Part shown: positions 30,980-40,791 of the stretch, piece by piece | Layout of the letters: every line of letters starts with the position of its first letter | Position numbering within the stretch: position 1 is the first letter of the stretch | From: Escherichia coli | GTDB taxonomy: Bacteria; Pseudomonadota; Gammaproteobacteria; Enterobacterales; Enterobacteriaceae | DNA length: 54,484 nucleotides | Direction: 5' to 3' (one strand) | NCBI RefSeq assembly: GCF_003334355.1 | Contig: NZ_QOWP01000027.1 | Notes under the pieces: generated by a model | Told to the model about the DNA's origin: nothing | The model's database searches: none | What the model saw: the letters and a program-made list of their open reading frames with translations, nothing else | Translations under genes and position numbers: made by a program

Positions 30980-31716
30980 TGGACCGTTTGATTTATACCG
31001 CCCTGAGCGGGGCTTCTCAGACTTTGTACGAGCAGCAAATTAGCGCCAACAACCTGGCGAACGTCAACACCAACGGTTTTCGCGCCGATATGGCGATGGC
31101 GACCAACAACAAGGTGAAAGGCGGCGGCTTCGACACGCGCTATATGGCGCAGGAAGGGGCCAGCGGCGTGAACGACAGCACGGGTGTGGCGGAGAAAACC
31201 GAACGCCCGCTGGACGTGGCGATTCAGGGGGCAGGTTACATTGCGGTGCAGGATAAAAACGGCAACGAAGTGTATACCCGCAACGGCAACATTCAGCAGG
31301 ACGACCAGGGGCAACTGACTATCGACGGCAATCTGGTGCTGGGGGATAACGGGCCGATCATTCTGCCGCCGAACGCCATCGCTTCGTTTGGCAGCGACGG
31401 CACGCTGTCGGTGACGCCCGATGACGGCGACGTGACCGCGACGATGGATATCGATCGCCTGAAGCTGGTGGATATCCCGGTCGCTAACCTGGCAAAAAAT
31501 CCTGAAGGGATGCTGGTGACTGCCGACGGCGTACCGGCCCAGCGCGATGAAAATATCAAAGTCAGCGGCGGTTTTCTCGAAGGCAGCAACGTCTCAGCGG
31601 TGAGCGAAATGATGTCGTCCATCGCCATGAACCGCCAGTTTGAAGCGCAGATCAAGATGATGAAAACCGCCGAAGATATCAGCGACGCGGGCAACCGCTT
31701 ATTGCGCGGCTCGTAA
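30979..31716 (+). CDS. lfgF: Flagellar rod protein, FlgF homologue
   Basis: 245 aa with rod-family N- and C-terminal motifs (…NNLANVNTNGFRAD…; …SNVSAVSEMMSSIAMNRQFEAQIKMMKTAED…). Confidence 0.92.
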   Translation: MDRLIYTALSGASQTLYEQQISANNLANVNTNGFRADMAMATNNKVKGGGFDTRYMAQEGASGVNDSTGVAEKTERPLDVAIQGAGYIAVQDKNGNEVYTRNGNIQQDDQGQLTIDGNLVLGDNGPIILPPNAIASFGSDGTLSVTPDDGDVTATMDIDRLKLVDIPVANLAKNPEGMLVTADGVPAQRDENIKVSGGFLEGSNVSAVSEMMSSIAMNRQFEAQIKMMKTAEDISDAGNRLLRGS

Positions 31717-31724
31717 CCGCACAT

Positions 31725-31762
31725 CGTAGGCCGGATAAGGCGTTCACGCTGCATCCGGCAAC
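31725..31762. repeat. Single REP element between lfgF and lfgG
   Basis: cgtaggccggataaggcgttcacgctgcatccggcaac. Confidence 0.8.
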
Positions 31763-31794
31763 CGCGGCCCAAAAATAACACGGAATTTACCACC

Positions 31795-32580
31795 ATGAAC
31801 GCAGCATTATGGATCAGCAAAACCGGCCTCTCGGCGCAGGATGCTGAAATGAGCGCGATTGCCAACAACATCGCCAACGTTAATACCACCGGCTTCAAGC
31901 GCGACCGGGTGATGTTTCAGGATCTGTTCTACCAGACCCAGGAAGCGCCGGGCGCGATGCTCGACCAGAACAACATCATGCCGACCGGGCTGCAATTCGG
32001 TAGCGGCGTGCGCATTGTCGGTACCCAGAAAACCTTCACCGAAGGCAACGTCGAAACCACCGACAACGCGATGAATGTCGCCATTATGGGGCAGGGATTT
32101 TTGCAGGTGCAAAAGGCTAACGGCGATATCGCCTATACCCGCGACGGCAATTTGCAGGTGAACGCCGACGGCGTACTGACCAACTCGCAGGGCTTGCCGT
32201 TGCAGCCGGAAATCGACGTTCCGGCGGGGGCCACCAACGTCGCGTTTGGTGAGGATGGCACAGTGACGGCGATCTTACCCGGCGACAGCGACGCGACCGA
32301 GTTAGGGCAACTGACGCTGGTTAACTTCGCCAACCCGGCGGGGCTTTCCGCCGAGGGCGACAACCTGTATCTGGAAACCGCCGCCAGCGGTCAGCCGACA
32401 GAAGGTGTGCCGGGCGAAGATGGGCTTGGCACTTTGCAGGACAACGCACTGGAAGGCTCGAACGTGGATATCGTCAACGAAATGGTGGCGATGATTACGG
32501 TGCAACGCGCGTACGAGATGAACGCCAAAATGGTGTCGGCGGCGGACGATATGTTGCAGTACATCAGCCAGACGCTGTAA
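31795..32580 (+). CDS. lfgG: Flagellar distal rod protein, FlgG homologue
   Basis: 261 aa; highly conserved FlgG motifs (MNAALWISKTGLSAQDAEMSAIANNIANVNTTGFKRDR…; …SNVDIVNEMVAMITVQRAYEMNAKMVSAADDMLQ). Confidence 0.94.
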   Translation: MNAALWISKTGLSAQDAEMSAIANNIANVNTTGFKRDRVMFQDLFYQTQEAPGAMLDQNNIMPTGLQFGSGVRIVGTQKTFTEGNVETTDNAMNVAIMGQGFLQVQKANGDIAYTRDGNLQVNADGVLTNSQGLPLQPEIDVPAGATNVAFGEDGTVTAILPGDSDATELGQLTLVNFANPAGLSAEGDNLYLETAASGQPTEGVPGEDGLGTLQDNALEGSNVDIVNEMVAMITVQRAYEMNAKMVSAADDMLQYISQTL

Positions 32581-32589
32581 GGCGAAATG

Positions 32590-32748
32590 TCGGATGCGAC
32601 GCTGACGCCCTTGTAGGCACGATAAGCGAGTGGACGGTGCACGTAGTTTGGTTGATTAACCGTTAGTAAACCGTCCACACGCGCATCGGGCAATGTGCAC
32701 ACGCTTGTTGTCGGATGCGACGCTGACGCGTCTTATCCGACCTACAAA
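32590..32748. repeat. REP/BIME cluster plus additional palindrome between lfgG and lfgH
   Basis: Two REP-like units (gtcggatgcgacgctgacgc…cttgtaggcacgataagcg; …gtcggatgcgacgctgacgcgtcttatccgacctaca) flanking an inverted repeat gtggacgg…ccgtccac. Confidence 0.8.
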
Positions 32749-32782
32749 AGCGCATAACTCACTGTATTTAAACAGGCAGAAC

Positions 32783-33448
32783 GTGAAAAATTATCTCTGG
32801 CTGGTGGCGCTGCTTCCCCTGCTTAGCGGGTGTGAATCGCAGGCCATTCTGGTCAAAAAAGACGACGCATACTTTGCGCCACCGAAAACCGAAGCACCGC
32901 CTCCGGCAGACGGGCGTGCTGGCGGTGTATTTGAAACTGGCTACAACTGGTCGCTGACCGCCGATCGGCGGGCTTATCGCGTGGGCGATATCCTGACGGT
33001 GATCCTCGAAGAATCCACCCAGTCGAGCAAACAGGCGAAAACCAACTTCGGCAAAAGCAACACCGTCGATATCGGCGCACCGACCATTTTTGGTCACACT
33101 AAAGATAAGCTTTCCGGCTCTATCGACGCCAACCGCGACTTTGACGGCAGCGCCACTTCCCAGCAGCAGAACAGCCTGCGCGGGGAGATCACCGTTTCCG
33201 TCCATGCGGTGCAGCCCAACGGCATCCTGGAAATTCGCGGCGAGAAATGGCTCACCCTCAACCAGGGCGATGAGTACATCCGCTTAAGCGGCCTGGTGCG
33301 CGCCGACGACATCCAGAACGACAACTCGGTTTCCTCCCAGCGGATCGCCGACGCCCGTATCTCCTATGCCGGACGTGGCGCGTTAAGCGACGCCAATGCC
33401 GCAGGCTGGCTGACGCGGTTGTTTAACCATCCTCTGTTCCCGATTTAA
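32783..33448 (+). CDS. lfgH: Flagellar L-ring lipoprotein, FlgH homologue
   Basis: Probable GTG start 32783 giving signal peptide plus lipobox ([16 protein letters not shown]); upstream part of track ORF (MCTRLLSDATLTRLIRPTK) is REP-encoded and discounted. Confidence 0.85.
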   Translation: MKNYLWLVALLPLLSGCESQAILVKKDDAYFAPPKTEAPPPADGRAGGVFETGYNWSLTADRRAYRVGDILTVILEESTQSSKQAKTNFGKSNTVDIGAPTIFGHTKDKLSGSIDANRDFDGSATSQQQNSLRGEITVSVHAVQPNGILEIRGEKWLTLNQGDEYIRLSGLVRADDIQNDNSVSSQRIADARISYAGRGALSDANAAGWLTRLFNHPLFPI

Positions 33449-34563
33449 TGCCGGAGAGTGCAATGCAAAACTGGATAAAAACAGTGGTCGTAGCCGTAAG
33501 CCTGGCGCTACCCGGCGTGGTGCTGGCGCAATCGCTGGAGTCACTGGTTAACGTACAGGGCGTGCGTGAAAACCAACTGGTCGGCTACAGCCTGGTGGTC
33601 GGCCTCGACGGTACCGGTGATAAAAACCAGGTCAAATTCACCAACCAGACCATCACCAATATGCTGCGCCAGTTCGGCGTGCAATTGCCGAATAAAATCG
33701 ACCCGAAGGTGAAAAACGTCGCCGCAGTGGCGGTGAGCGCCACGTTGCCGCCGATGTACTCGCGCGGGCAGACCATTGATGTCACCGTCTCGTCGATTGG
33801 CGATGCGAAAAGTATTCGTGGCGGCACCTTGCTGCTGACGCAGTTGCACGGCGCAGATGGCGAGGTTTATGCCCTGGCACAGGGCAGCGTGGTGGTCGGC
33901 GGGATGAACGCCACCGGGGCCAGCGGTTCGAGCGTAACGGTTAATACACCGACCGCCGGGTTAATTCCTAACGGCGCAACGGTGGAGCGCGAGATCCCCA
34001 GTGATTTTCAGATGGGCGACACCATCACCCTCAACCTGAAACGCCCGTCGTTTAAAGACGCCAACAACATTGCAGCGGCGATCAACTCCTCGTTTGGCGG
34101 CATTGCCACCGCGCAGAGCTCCACCAACGTTACCGTGCGCGCGCCCACCAGCCCCGGCGCGCGGGTGGCGTTTATGTCGCAACTGGACGATGTACAGGTG
34201 CAGGCGGAGAAAATCCGCGCCCGCGTGGTGTTTAACTCGCGTACCGGCACGGTGGTGATGGGCTATGGCGTTGCGCTACACGCGGCGGCGGTGTCGCACG
34301 GCAGTTTGACCGTTTCGATTAACGAAACCAGCAACGTCAGCCAGCCGAATGCCTTTGCGGGCGGGCGCACGGCGGTAACGCCGCAGAGCAATATCGCGGT
34401 GAATCATGCCCGTCCGGGCGTGGTGAGTTTGCCGGAGTCGAGCAGCCTGAAAACGCTGGTCAATGCGTTGAACAGTTTAGGCGCGACGCCGGACGACATT
34501 ATGTCGATTTTACAGGCGCTGCATGAGGCGGGCGCGCTGGATGCCGACCTGGAGGTGATCTGA
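33448..34563 (+). CDS. lfgI: Flagellar P-ring protein, FlgI homologue
   Basis: 371 aa with signal peptide (…[16 protein letters not shown]) and FlgI core; ATG 33448 overlaps lfgH stop, alternative ATG at 33463 has a better-placed GGAGAG RBS. Confidence 0.9.
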   Translation: MPESAMQNWIKTVVVAVSLALPGVVLAQSLESLVNVQGVRENQLVGYSLVVGLDGTGDKNQVKFTNQTITNMLRQFGVQLPNKIDPKVKNVAAVAVSATLPPMYSRGQTIDVTVSSIGDAKSIRGGTLLLTQLHGADGEVYALAQGSVVVGGMNATGASGSSVTVNTPTAGLIPNGATVEREIPSDFQMGDTITLNLKRPSFKDANNIAAAINSSFGGIATAQSSTNVTVRAPTSPGARVAFMSQLDDVQVQAEKIRARVVFNSRTGTVVMGYGVALHAAAVSHGSLTVSINETSNVSQPNAFAGGRTAVTPQSNIAVNHARPGVVSLPESSSLKTLVNALNSLGATPDDIMSILQALHEAGALDADLEVI

Positions 34564-34862
34564 TGAAAATCAACGGCAGCGGCGGGATTGACGGCAGCGA
34601 TGCGTTAATGGGGCCGAAGGTTCAGGCCAATGATATTAAGCAGGCCGCGGAACAGTTTGAGGCGATTTTTTTACGCAACATGCTGAAAGAGATGCGTAAA
34701 ACCAACGAGTTGTTTGATTCGAAAGATAACCCATTTAACAGCGATTCGGTGCGCATGATGCAGGGGTTTTATGACGATGAGTTGTGTAACACCCTGGCGC
34801 AGCAGCACGGGATTGGGATCGCGGCGATGATTGTGAAGCAGTTGTCGCCAAAGCATAAATGA
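34563..34862 (+). CDS. lfgJ: FlgJ-like rod-binding protein (single domain, no muramidase domain)
   Basis: Only 99 aa; corresponds to the N-terminal rod-binding domain of FlgJ (…AAEQFEAIFLRNMLKEMRKT…); stop followed immediately by REP elements. Confidence 0.8.
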   Translation: MKINGSGGIDGSDALMGPKVQANDIKQAAEQFEAIFLRNMLKEMRKTNELFDSKDNPFNSDSVRMMQGFYDDELCNTLAQQHGIGIAAMIVKQLSPKHK

Positions 34863-34877
34863 GGCTCCGACGTTCGG

Positions 34878-34965
34878 TGCCTGATGCGACGCTGGCGCGT
34901 CTTATCAGGCCTACGAGTCGCCCGTATGTAGGCCGGATAAGGCGTCCACGCCGCATCCGGCGTTC
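34878..34965. repeat. REP pair between lfgJ and lfgK
   Basis: gcctgatgcgacgctggcgcgtcttatcaggcctac…gtaggccggataaggcgtccacgccgcatccggcg. Confidence 0.85.
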
Positions 34966-35044
34966 GGCACCCGGTTTACGGAACTTAAGAATCCCCAACT
35001 TTACGCCGCTTTTAACCGGCACGATTTACCGGTAAGGATCCAAC

Positions 35045-36421
35045 ATGGACATGATTAACATCGGCTACAGCGGTGCATCAACCGCGCAGGTGGAGCTGAA
35101 CGTCACGGCGCAAAACACCGCTAACGCCATGACCACGGGCTACACCCGTCAGGTGGCGGAGATCAGCACCATCGGTGCCAGCGGCGGTTCGCCGAACAGC
35201 GCCGGTAACGGCGTACAGGTCGACAGCATTCGCCGCGTCTCCAACCAGTATCAGGTGAATCAGGTGTGGTATGCCGCCAGCGATTACGGCTATTACAGCA
35301 CCCAGCAGGGGTATCTCAGCCAACTGGAAGCAGTACTAAGCGACGATAACAGCAGCCTGAGCGGCGGCTTCGATAACTTCTTCGCCGCCCTTAACGAAGC
35401 GACCACCAGCCCCGATGATTCCGCCCTGCGCGAGCAGGTGATCAGCGAAGCCGGGGCGCTGTCGTTGCGTATTGATAACACGCTCGATTACATCGACTCG
35501 CAAAGCACGGAAATCATCAGCCAGCAGCAGGCGATGGTGTCGCAAATCAATACGCTCACCAGCGGCATTGCCAGCTATAACCAGCAAATCGCGCAGGCCG
35601 AAGCCAACGGGGATAACGCCTCTGCGCTGTATGACGCCCGCGACCAGATGGTGGAAGAACTCAGCGGGATGATGGATGTGCAGGTCAATATCGACGATCA
35701 GGGCAACTACAACGTCACCCTGAAAAACGGTCAGCCACTGGTGAGCGGGCAGCAAAGTTCGACCATCGCGCTGGAAACCAACGCCGACGGCACGCCGACC
35801 ATGTCGCTGACCTTCGCTGGCACCACCTCGACGATGACCACCGACACTGGAGGTTCATTAGGCGCACTGTTTGATTATCAAAACGATGTGCTGACGCCGT
35901 TGACCGACACCATCAACAGCATGGCGTCGCAGTTTGCCGATGCGGTCAACAACCAGCTTGCGCAGGGCTACGATCTCAACGGTAACCCCGGCGAGCCGCT
36001 GTTTATCTATGACGCCAGCAATGCCGATGGCCCGCTGACCGTCAACCCGGATATCACCGCCGATGAGCTGGCGTTCTCCAGTTCGCCGGACGAAAGCGGC
36101 AACAGCGACAACCTGCAGGCGCTGATCAACATCTCCACCGAACCGCTGGAGATCGCCAACCTCGGCAGCGTGACGGTCGGGCAGGCGTGCTCGTCAATCA
36201 TCAGCAATATCGGCATTTACAGTCAGCAAAACCAGACGGAAGTCGATGCCGCGTCCAATGTCTATTCCGCAGCGCAAAACCAGCAGAGCAGCGTCAGCGG
36301 TGTCAGCATGGACGAAGAGGCGGTGAACCTCATCACCTATCAACAAATTTATGAAGCCAATCTGAAAGTCATTTCCGCCGGGGCCGAGATTTTCGATTCG
36401 GTGCTGGAAATGTGCAGCTAA
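35045..36421 (+). CDS. lfgK: Flagellar hook-associated protein 1, FlgK homologue
   Basis: 458 aa; N-terminal (…NTANAMTTGYTRQ…) and C-terminal (…EEAVNLITYQQIYEANLKVISAGAEIFDSVLEM) motifs of FlgK. Confidence 0.9.
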   Translation: MDMINIGYSGASTAQVELNVTAQNTANAMTTGYTRQVAEISTIGASGGSPNSAGNGVQVDSIRRVSNQYQVNQVWYAASDYGYYSTQQGYLSQLEAVLSDDNSSLSGGFDNFFAALNEATTSPDDSALREQVISEAGALSLRIDNTLDYIDSQSTEIISQQQAMVSQINTLTSGIASYNQQIAQAEANGDNASALYDARDQMVEELSGMMDVQVNIDDQGNYNVTLKNGQPLVSGQQSSTIALETNADGTPTMSLTFAGTTSTMTTDTGGSLGALFDYQNDVLTPLTDTINSMASQFADAVNNQLAQGYDLNGNPGEPLFIYDASNADGPLTVNPDITADELAFSSSPDESGNSDNLQALINISTEPLEIANLGSVTVGQACSSIISNIGIYSQQNQTEVDAASNVYSAAQNQQSSVSGVSMDEEAVNLITYQQIYEANLKVISAGAEIFDSVLEMCS

Positions 36422-36435
36422 GCGGGAGCGCGATA

Positions 36436-37365
36436 ATGCGAGTAACCACCCAACAAACCTACGTCTCGATGACGCAAAGTTTTAATAATCTCTCCGGCGA
36501 TCTGGCGCATGTGGTCGAGCAGATGGCAACCGGCAAGCAGATTTTGCAGCCGTCAGATGACCCGATCGCCGCCACGCGAATCACCCAGTTAAACCGCCAG
36601 CAGTCGGCGATTGAGCAGTATCAGAGCAATATCGACTCCGCGTCGGCGGGCTTAAGCCAGCAGGAGTCGATTCTCGATGGCGTCAACAACAGCCTGCTGG
36701 CGGTGCGTGACGACCTGCTGGAAGCGGCGAACGGCACCAATACCGCCGATTCGCTCGCAAGCCTCGGGCAGGATATTGAGTCGCTCACCGAATCGATGGT
36801 CGCGGCGCTCAATTATCAGGACGAAGACGGGCACTACGTGTTTGGCGGCACCATCAACGATCAGCCGCCGATTGTGGCCGTGGACGATGACGGCGATGGC
36901 GTGACCGACAGCTATAGCTACCAGGGCAACAGCGACCACCGCCAGACCACCGTTTCGAACGGCGTGGAAGTGGATACCAACGTGGCGGCGAGCGATTTCT
37001 TCGGTAGCAATTTAGATGTGCTCAACACGCTCAATTCGCTCTCTCAGGAGTTGCAAGACCCGGACGTTGACCCGGCAGATCCGCAGGTGCAGAGCGATAT
37101 TCAGAATGCCGTTGATGTGGTGGACACCGCCTCAGACGACCTCAACGCCTCGATTGCGTCGCTCGGCGAGACGCAGAACACCATGTCGATGCTGAGCGAT
37201 GCGCAGACCGATATCTCTACCTCTAATGATGAGTTGATTGGTTCATTGCAGGATCTCGATTACGGCCCGGCGTCGATCACCTTTACCGGACTGGAAGTGG
37301 CAATGGAAGCTACCCTCAAGACTTACTCGAAAGTGAGTGAGTTGAATTTATTCAGCGTTCTCTAA
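36436..37365 (+). CDS. lfgL: Flagellar hook-associated protein 3, FlgL homologue
   Basis: ATG 36436 (MRVTTQQTYVSMTQ…) with GGGAG RBS; flagellin-like N-terminal helix; directly after lfgK. Confidence 0.85.
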   Translation: MRVTTQQTYVSMTQSFNNLSGDLAHVVEQMATGKQILQPSDDPIAATRITQLNRQQSAIEQYQSNIDSASAGLSQQESILDGVNNSLLAVRDDLLEAANGTNTADSLASLGQDIESLTESMVAALNYQDEDGHYVFGGTINDQPPIVAVDDDGDGVTDSYSYQGNSDHRQTTVSNGVEVDTNVAASDFFGSNLDVLNTLNSLSQELQDPDVDPADPQVQSDIQNAVDVVDTASDDLNASIASLGETQNTMSMLSDAQTDISTSNDELIGSLQDLDYGPASITFTGLEVAMEATLKTYSKVSELNLFSVL

Positions 37366-37381
37366 CTCTTTCAGGAACCGT

Positions 37382-38359
37382 ATGCAGGTCGGACTTACAT
37401 CTTCATCACTCGCCACCGGCGGCGCGCATAGCGCTGCGGTATCGTCGTCAACCGTTGCGCCCACTCAGGCGGTGCGGCAAAAACTCCCGGCGACGGCGAG
37501 TGAATATCCGGCCTCGCCGCTGATTACCACTCGCCCGCAGCGTTACAGCGTGCAGCTTAACGACCAGCTCACCACGTTGCAGCAGGCGGATCATTATCTC
37601 GGGCAACTGGAGCAGCAGTTGCTCGATTATCGTCATAGCCAGCGTAAGGGCGGGCAGGCGCAGAGTACGGCGCTGATGCAGATGCTGGACAAACGCACCG
37701 CGCTTTCCGGCGGCGCGGTGGACCGCCAGTTGCAGCCAGTGTTGCAGGGTGAAGCGCGGGTGACTTTTCACTCGCCGGATATGGCGAATCTGGTACACAA
37801 TCCCACGCCGGGAACGCGGATGTTCAGCGTCTCTGACGGGCGGCAGACTCAGCTTTCGGCGGTGATGCTGTCTGAGGATGACAGCGCCGGGCAGTATCAG
37901 ACGCGGCTGACCAACGCCCTGCGCCGCGTGGGCGTTCAGTTGCATCAGCAAGCGGATGGCATCAGTTTCTCCACCACTGAAAAACAGTGGCCTGATATCG
38001 AGCGCACCTTAAGCGTGCGCACCGATGGCGATAAGTCGGCGTTTATGCCGCTAAAAACCTTTGCCGAACCATCACAGGTGGAGCGCTTAGCGCAAAGCCT
38101 GCAACAGGGCGGGGCGGGGATTTCTCAAATGCTGGAAAGCATTAATCAGCAGCGCGCGCAGATGGCGGTGCAGCAGGAAAAGGCGCGGCAGTTGATCGAC
38201 GGCATGTCGCGCTTCCCGCAAACGGAAAACGCGGTGCAGGCGTCGGAAAACCTCGGCGGCGTGCTCGATAGCGCCAATCATAACTATCAGGTGTTATTGC
38301 AGGCGGTGAACGGTCAGGCGCGAATTTCCAGCCAGACGGTGAGGAATTTATTGGGGTAA
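37382..38359 (+). CDS. lafW: Flag-2-specific protein, possible additional hook-associated/flagellin-like protein
   Basis: 325 aa; C-terminus (…NLGGVLDSANHNYQVLLQAVNGQARISSQTVRNLLG) resembles the conserved C-terminal helix of axial flagellar proteins; function uncertain. Confidence 0.6.
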   Translation: MQVGLTSSSLATGGAHSAAVSSSTVAPTQAVRQKLPATASEYPASPLITTRPQRYSVQLNDQLTTLQQADHYLGQLEQQLLDYRHSQRKGGQAQSTALMQMLDKRTALSGGAVDRQLQPVLQGEARVTFHSPDMANLVHNPTPGTRMFSVSDGRQTQLSAVMLSEDDSAGQYQTRLTNALRRVGVQLHQQADGISFSTTEKQWPDIERTLSVRTDGDKSAFMPLKTFAEPSQVERLAQSLQQGGAGISQMLESINQQRAQMAVQQEKARQLIDGMSRFPQTENAVQASENLGGVLDSANHNYQVLLQAVNGQARISSQTVRNLLG

Positions 38360-38366
38360 TTATCGG

Positions 38367-38403
38367 CAGGCCGGATAAGACGCGTTTAGCGTCGCATCCG
38401 GCA
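38367..38403. repeat. Single REP element after lafW
   Basis: ggcaggccggataagacgcgtttagcgtcgcatccggca. Confidence 0.75.
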
Positions 38404-38417
38404 TATATTGGCACTCA

Positions 38418-39260
38418 TCAGCATTTTTGCACAGTATTTAACAACTTCTCTAAATTCTGATACATCGCGCTATTAATATCGCTGTTCTGCCAGCCTTCCA
38501 CATTAAAAGTTAATTGCCAGCTACCATTGCACTGGTTGCGCAGAACAATATCACTTTCCAGTCGGTTACGAACATATTTATAATAGGTTGTCATTGTCAT
38601 ATTATGCGCTGACAATAAATTATCGAGTTTGTCTTTCCCTGGTGCGAGGGTTTGTGACAGTAACGGTACGGAACTATTTTCTTTTCCAGAACTAAGGTGA
38701 AATATTTTTATTCTTGGACTGTTAATTGACTCTTTTACCAGTTGCGGGGCATCAGGTGTACTTTTCAAGTGTGAATGCCCCACGGTCGAGCCAATAAATA
38801 TAACAACCGCGGTCAAGGCTAACCCCATCAGTCCTTTATGTTTTTTTCTAACAGGCACAGGCGGTGTTGTCGAAGATATCTCTTCTGGCACAATTTCCTG
38901 TATCTGGTTGGTAATAATCAGCGCTTCCGCTGGCGATGACTCCGGCAAAGACACATACTCTTTATTGCACAGGTAACCTTTTTTCGGGATGGTTTTAATA
39001 ATGTTCTGTTGTTTGCCATCATCGTCGATAGCAACGCGCAACGCATGGATTGCCGTCGGCAGGCTGTTACCGCCGACAATGCGGTTCTTCCATACTTCGG
39101 CACATAAATAAGATCGCGATAAAACCACATCGGCATTTTTTGCTAATGTTTCCAGCAAAATAAAATGGTATTCGCCGAGACGACGTGTTTCACCCGTTTC
39201 GCAATGTATTAAGGCATTAAGCGACGGGTCCATCCGCCAGTTGTTGATAATAATACTCAT
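38418..39260 (-). CDS. lafZ: ToxR/CadC-like membrane-anchored winged-helix transcriptional regulator
   Basis: 280 aa; N-terminal OmpR/PhoB-type DNA-binding region, one predicted TM helix (GLMGLALTAVVIFIGSTVG), C-terminal periplasmic domain; noticeably AT-rich; divergent from lafA. Confidence 0.75.
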   Translation of the reverse strand: MSIIINNWRMDPSLNALIHCETGETRRLGEYHFILLETLAKNADVVLSRSYLCAEVWKNRIVGGNSLPTAIHALRVAIDDDGKQQNIIKTIPKKGYLCNKEYVSLPESSPAEALIITNQIQEIVPEEISSTTPPVPVRKKHKGLMGLALTAVVIFIGSTVGHSHLKSTPDAPQLVKESINSPRIKIFHLSSGKENSSVPLLSQTLAPGKDKLDNLLSAHNMTMTTYYKYVRNRLESDIVLRNQCNGSWQLTFNVEGWQNSDINSAMYQNLEKLLNTVQKC

Positions 39261-39745
39261 AGTTGAGTTTACCTTAGCAAGGGATAAATGTTACCTGATA
39301 GTGCTTTGCATAAAGCACAGTCTTATACGTCCCTGAGAAGATGATTTTTCTGCGTGATAATTAATATTTTATGGTAATAGGATTATTCTTAATCACTATA
39401 TGGCGTGGAAATGTAACGAAATGACAGGATAGGTACAATAGCCAAATGTGTACTATTTGCAACGCAATGTAAATTTTGGCATCAGTACATTGAGAAGAAA
39501 ACGCGTTAATTGATGGTAATCTTAACTATATCAAGCGTTTGATAAAGACATATTTTGATACCTGGCCATGTGGCAGATATTGCTAATAATCCTTTTATCT
39601 GAATTTAAACTCTGCTTTTTTTAGCTAAAAGTGGCATCAGATAAACCGCGCTGAAATTTTTTTAACGGCGGTTTTAAGTTTGCTCCCGAGGTGTCGTTTT
39701 TACAGGGTATCGAAACGAAAACGATTAATCCCAAGGAGCAGTATC

Positions 39746-40660
39746 ATGTTATCTATTAACACCAATAACGCCTCAATGGCCGCCGTTAATGCAATCAGCA
39801 AAAGCAGCTCTTCTCTGTCTACATCTATGGAACGCCTGGCGACAGGTAACCGGATTAACTCTTCTGCCGATGACGCAGCGGGCAAACAAATTGCTAACCG
39901 TCTGACTGCACAGTCAAGCGGTATGGGCGTGGCGCTGAGCAATATCAATGATGCCACCGCGATGCTGCAAACCGCCGACAGCATGTTCGATGAAATGTCT
40001 GACGTGCTGGGTCGTATGAAAGACCTGTCAACTCAGGCAGCGAACGGCACCTACAGCGACGACGACCTGCAGGCGATGCAGGACGAATACGACGAACTGG
40101 GTCAGCAGATGTCTGACATGCTGCAAAACACCACCTACGGCGGCACCAACCTGTTCGGTGTTTCCGGCACCAGCAACACCGGTACTGACGGCCTGTTCCA
40201 GAGCGCGGTAACCTTCCAGGTGGGCGCGGAATCTTCCGACACCATGACCGTGAACATTTCAAGCCAACTGAATACCCTGGTGACGGATCTTTCTGCTATC
40301 AGCAACTCCTTCAGTGCGGATCAGGCAGACACCACGGGTACTGCAGGCGTGTCTGGCGGTACTGAGCTGACTGCGTCTGGCTCGGCTAACCAGATGATTA
40401 CCAGCATTTCTACCGCGATGGATGACGTTTCTCAGATTCAGTCCAAGCTGGGTGCGTCTATTAACCGTCTGAACGACACTGCCAACAACCTGACCAGCAT
40501 GCAGGACAACACCGAAGTTGCTATCGGTAACATCATGGATACCGACTACGCGACGGAAGCGTCCAACATGACCAAACAGCAGGTGCTGATGCAGACCGGC
40601 ATCACCATGCTGAAACAGTCCAACAGCATGTCCAGCATGGTTTCCAGCCTGCTGCAGTAA
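39746..40660 (+). CDS. lafA: Lateral flagellin
   Basis: 304 aa from ATG 39746 with AAGGAG RBS; flagellin N-terminal domain (MLSINTNNASMAAVNAISK…LATGNRINSSADDAAGKQIANRLT…) and C-terminal domain (…VLMQTGITMLKQSNSMSSMVSSLLQ); short Ser/Thr/Gly-rich central region. Confidence 0.93.
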   Translation: MLSINTNNASMAAVNAISKSSSSLSTSMERLATGNRINSSADDAAGKQIANRLTAQSSGMGVALSNINDATAMLQTADSMFDEMSDVLGRMKDLSTQAANGTYSDDDLQAMQDEYDELGQQMSDMLQNTTYGGTNLFGVSGTSNTGTDGLFQSAVTFQVGAESSDTMTVNISSQLNTLVTDLSAISNSFSADQADTTGTAGVSGGTELTASGSANQMITSISTAMDDVSQIQSKLGASINRLNDTANNLTSMQDNTEVAIGNIMDTDYATEASNMTKQQVLMQTGITMLKQSNSMSSMVSSLLQ

Positions 40661-40669
40661 TGGCGGACT

Positions 40670-40773
<104 letters not shown>

Positions 40774-40791
40774 TGCGTTTGTCATCAGTCT

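Noticed and set aside
32693-32782. N-terminal extension of lfgH ORF (MCTRLLSDATLTRLIRPTK…)
   Set aside because: It is encoded by a REP element; the GTG at 32783 yields a canonical lipoprotein signal peptide and lipobox.
39261-39745. Sigma-28 promoter upstream of lafA
   Set aside because: I looked for TAAAGTTT-N11-GCCGATAA-like motifs and found only weak partial matches, so I do not annotate a specific site although sigma-28 control is likely on biological grounds. A TGGCAG…TTGCT sequence near 39568-39582 has the wrong GG-GC spacing (8 nt) for sigma-54.
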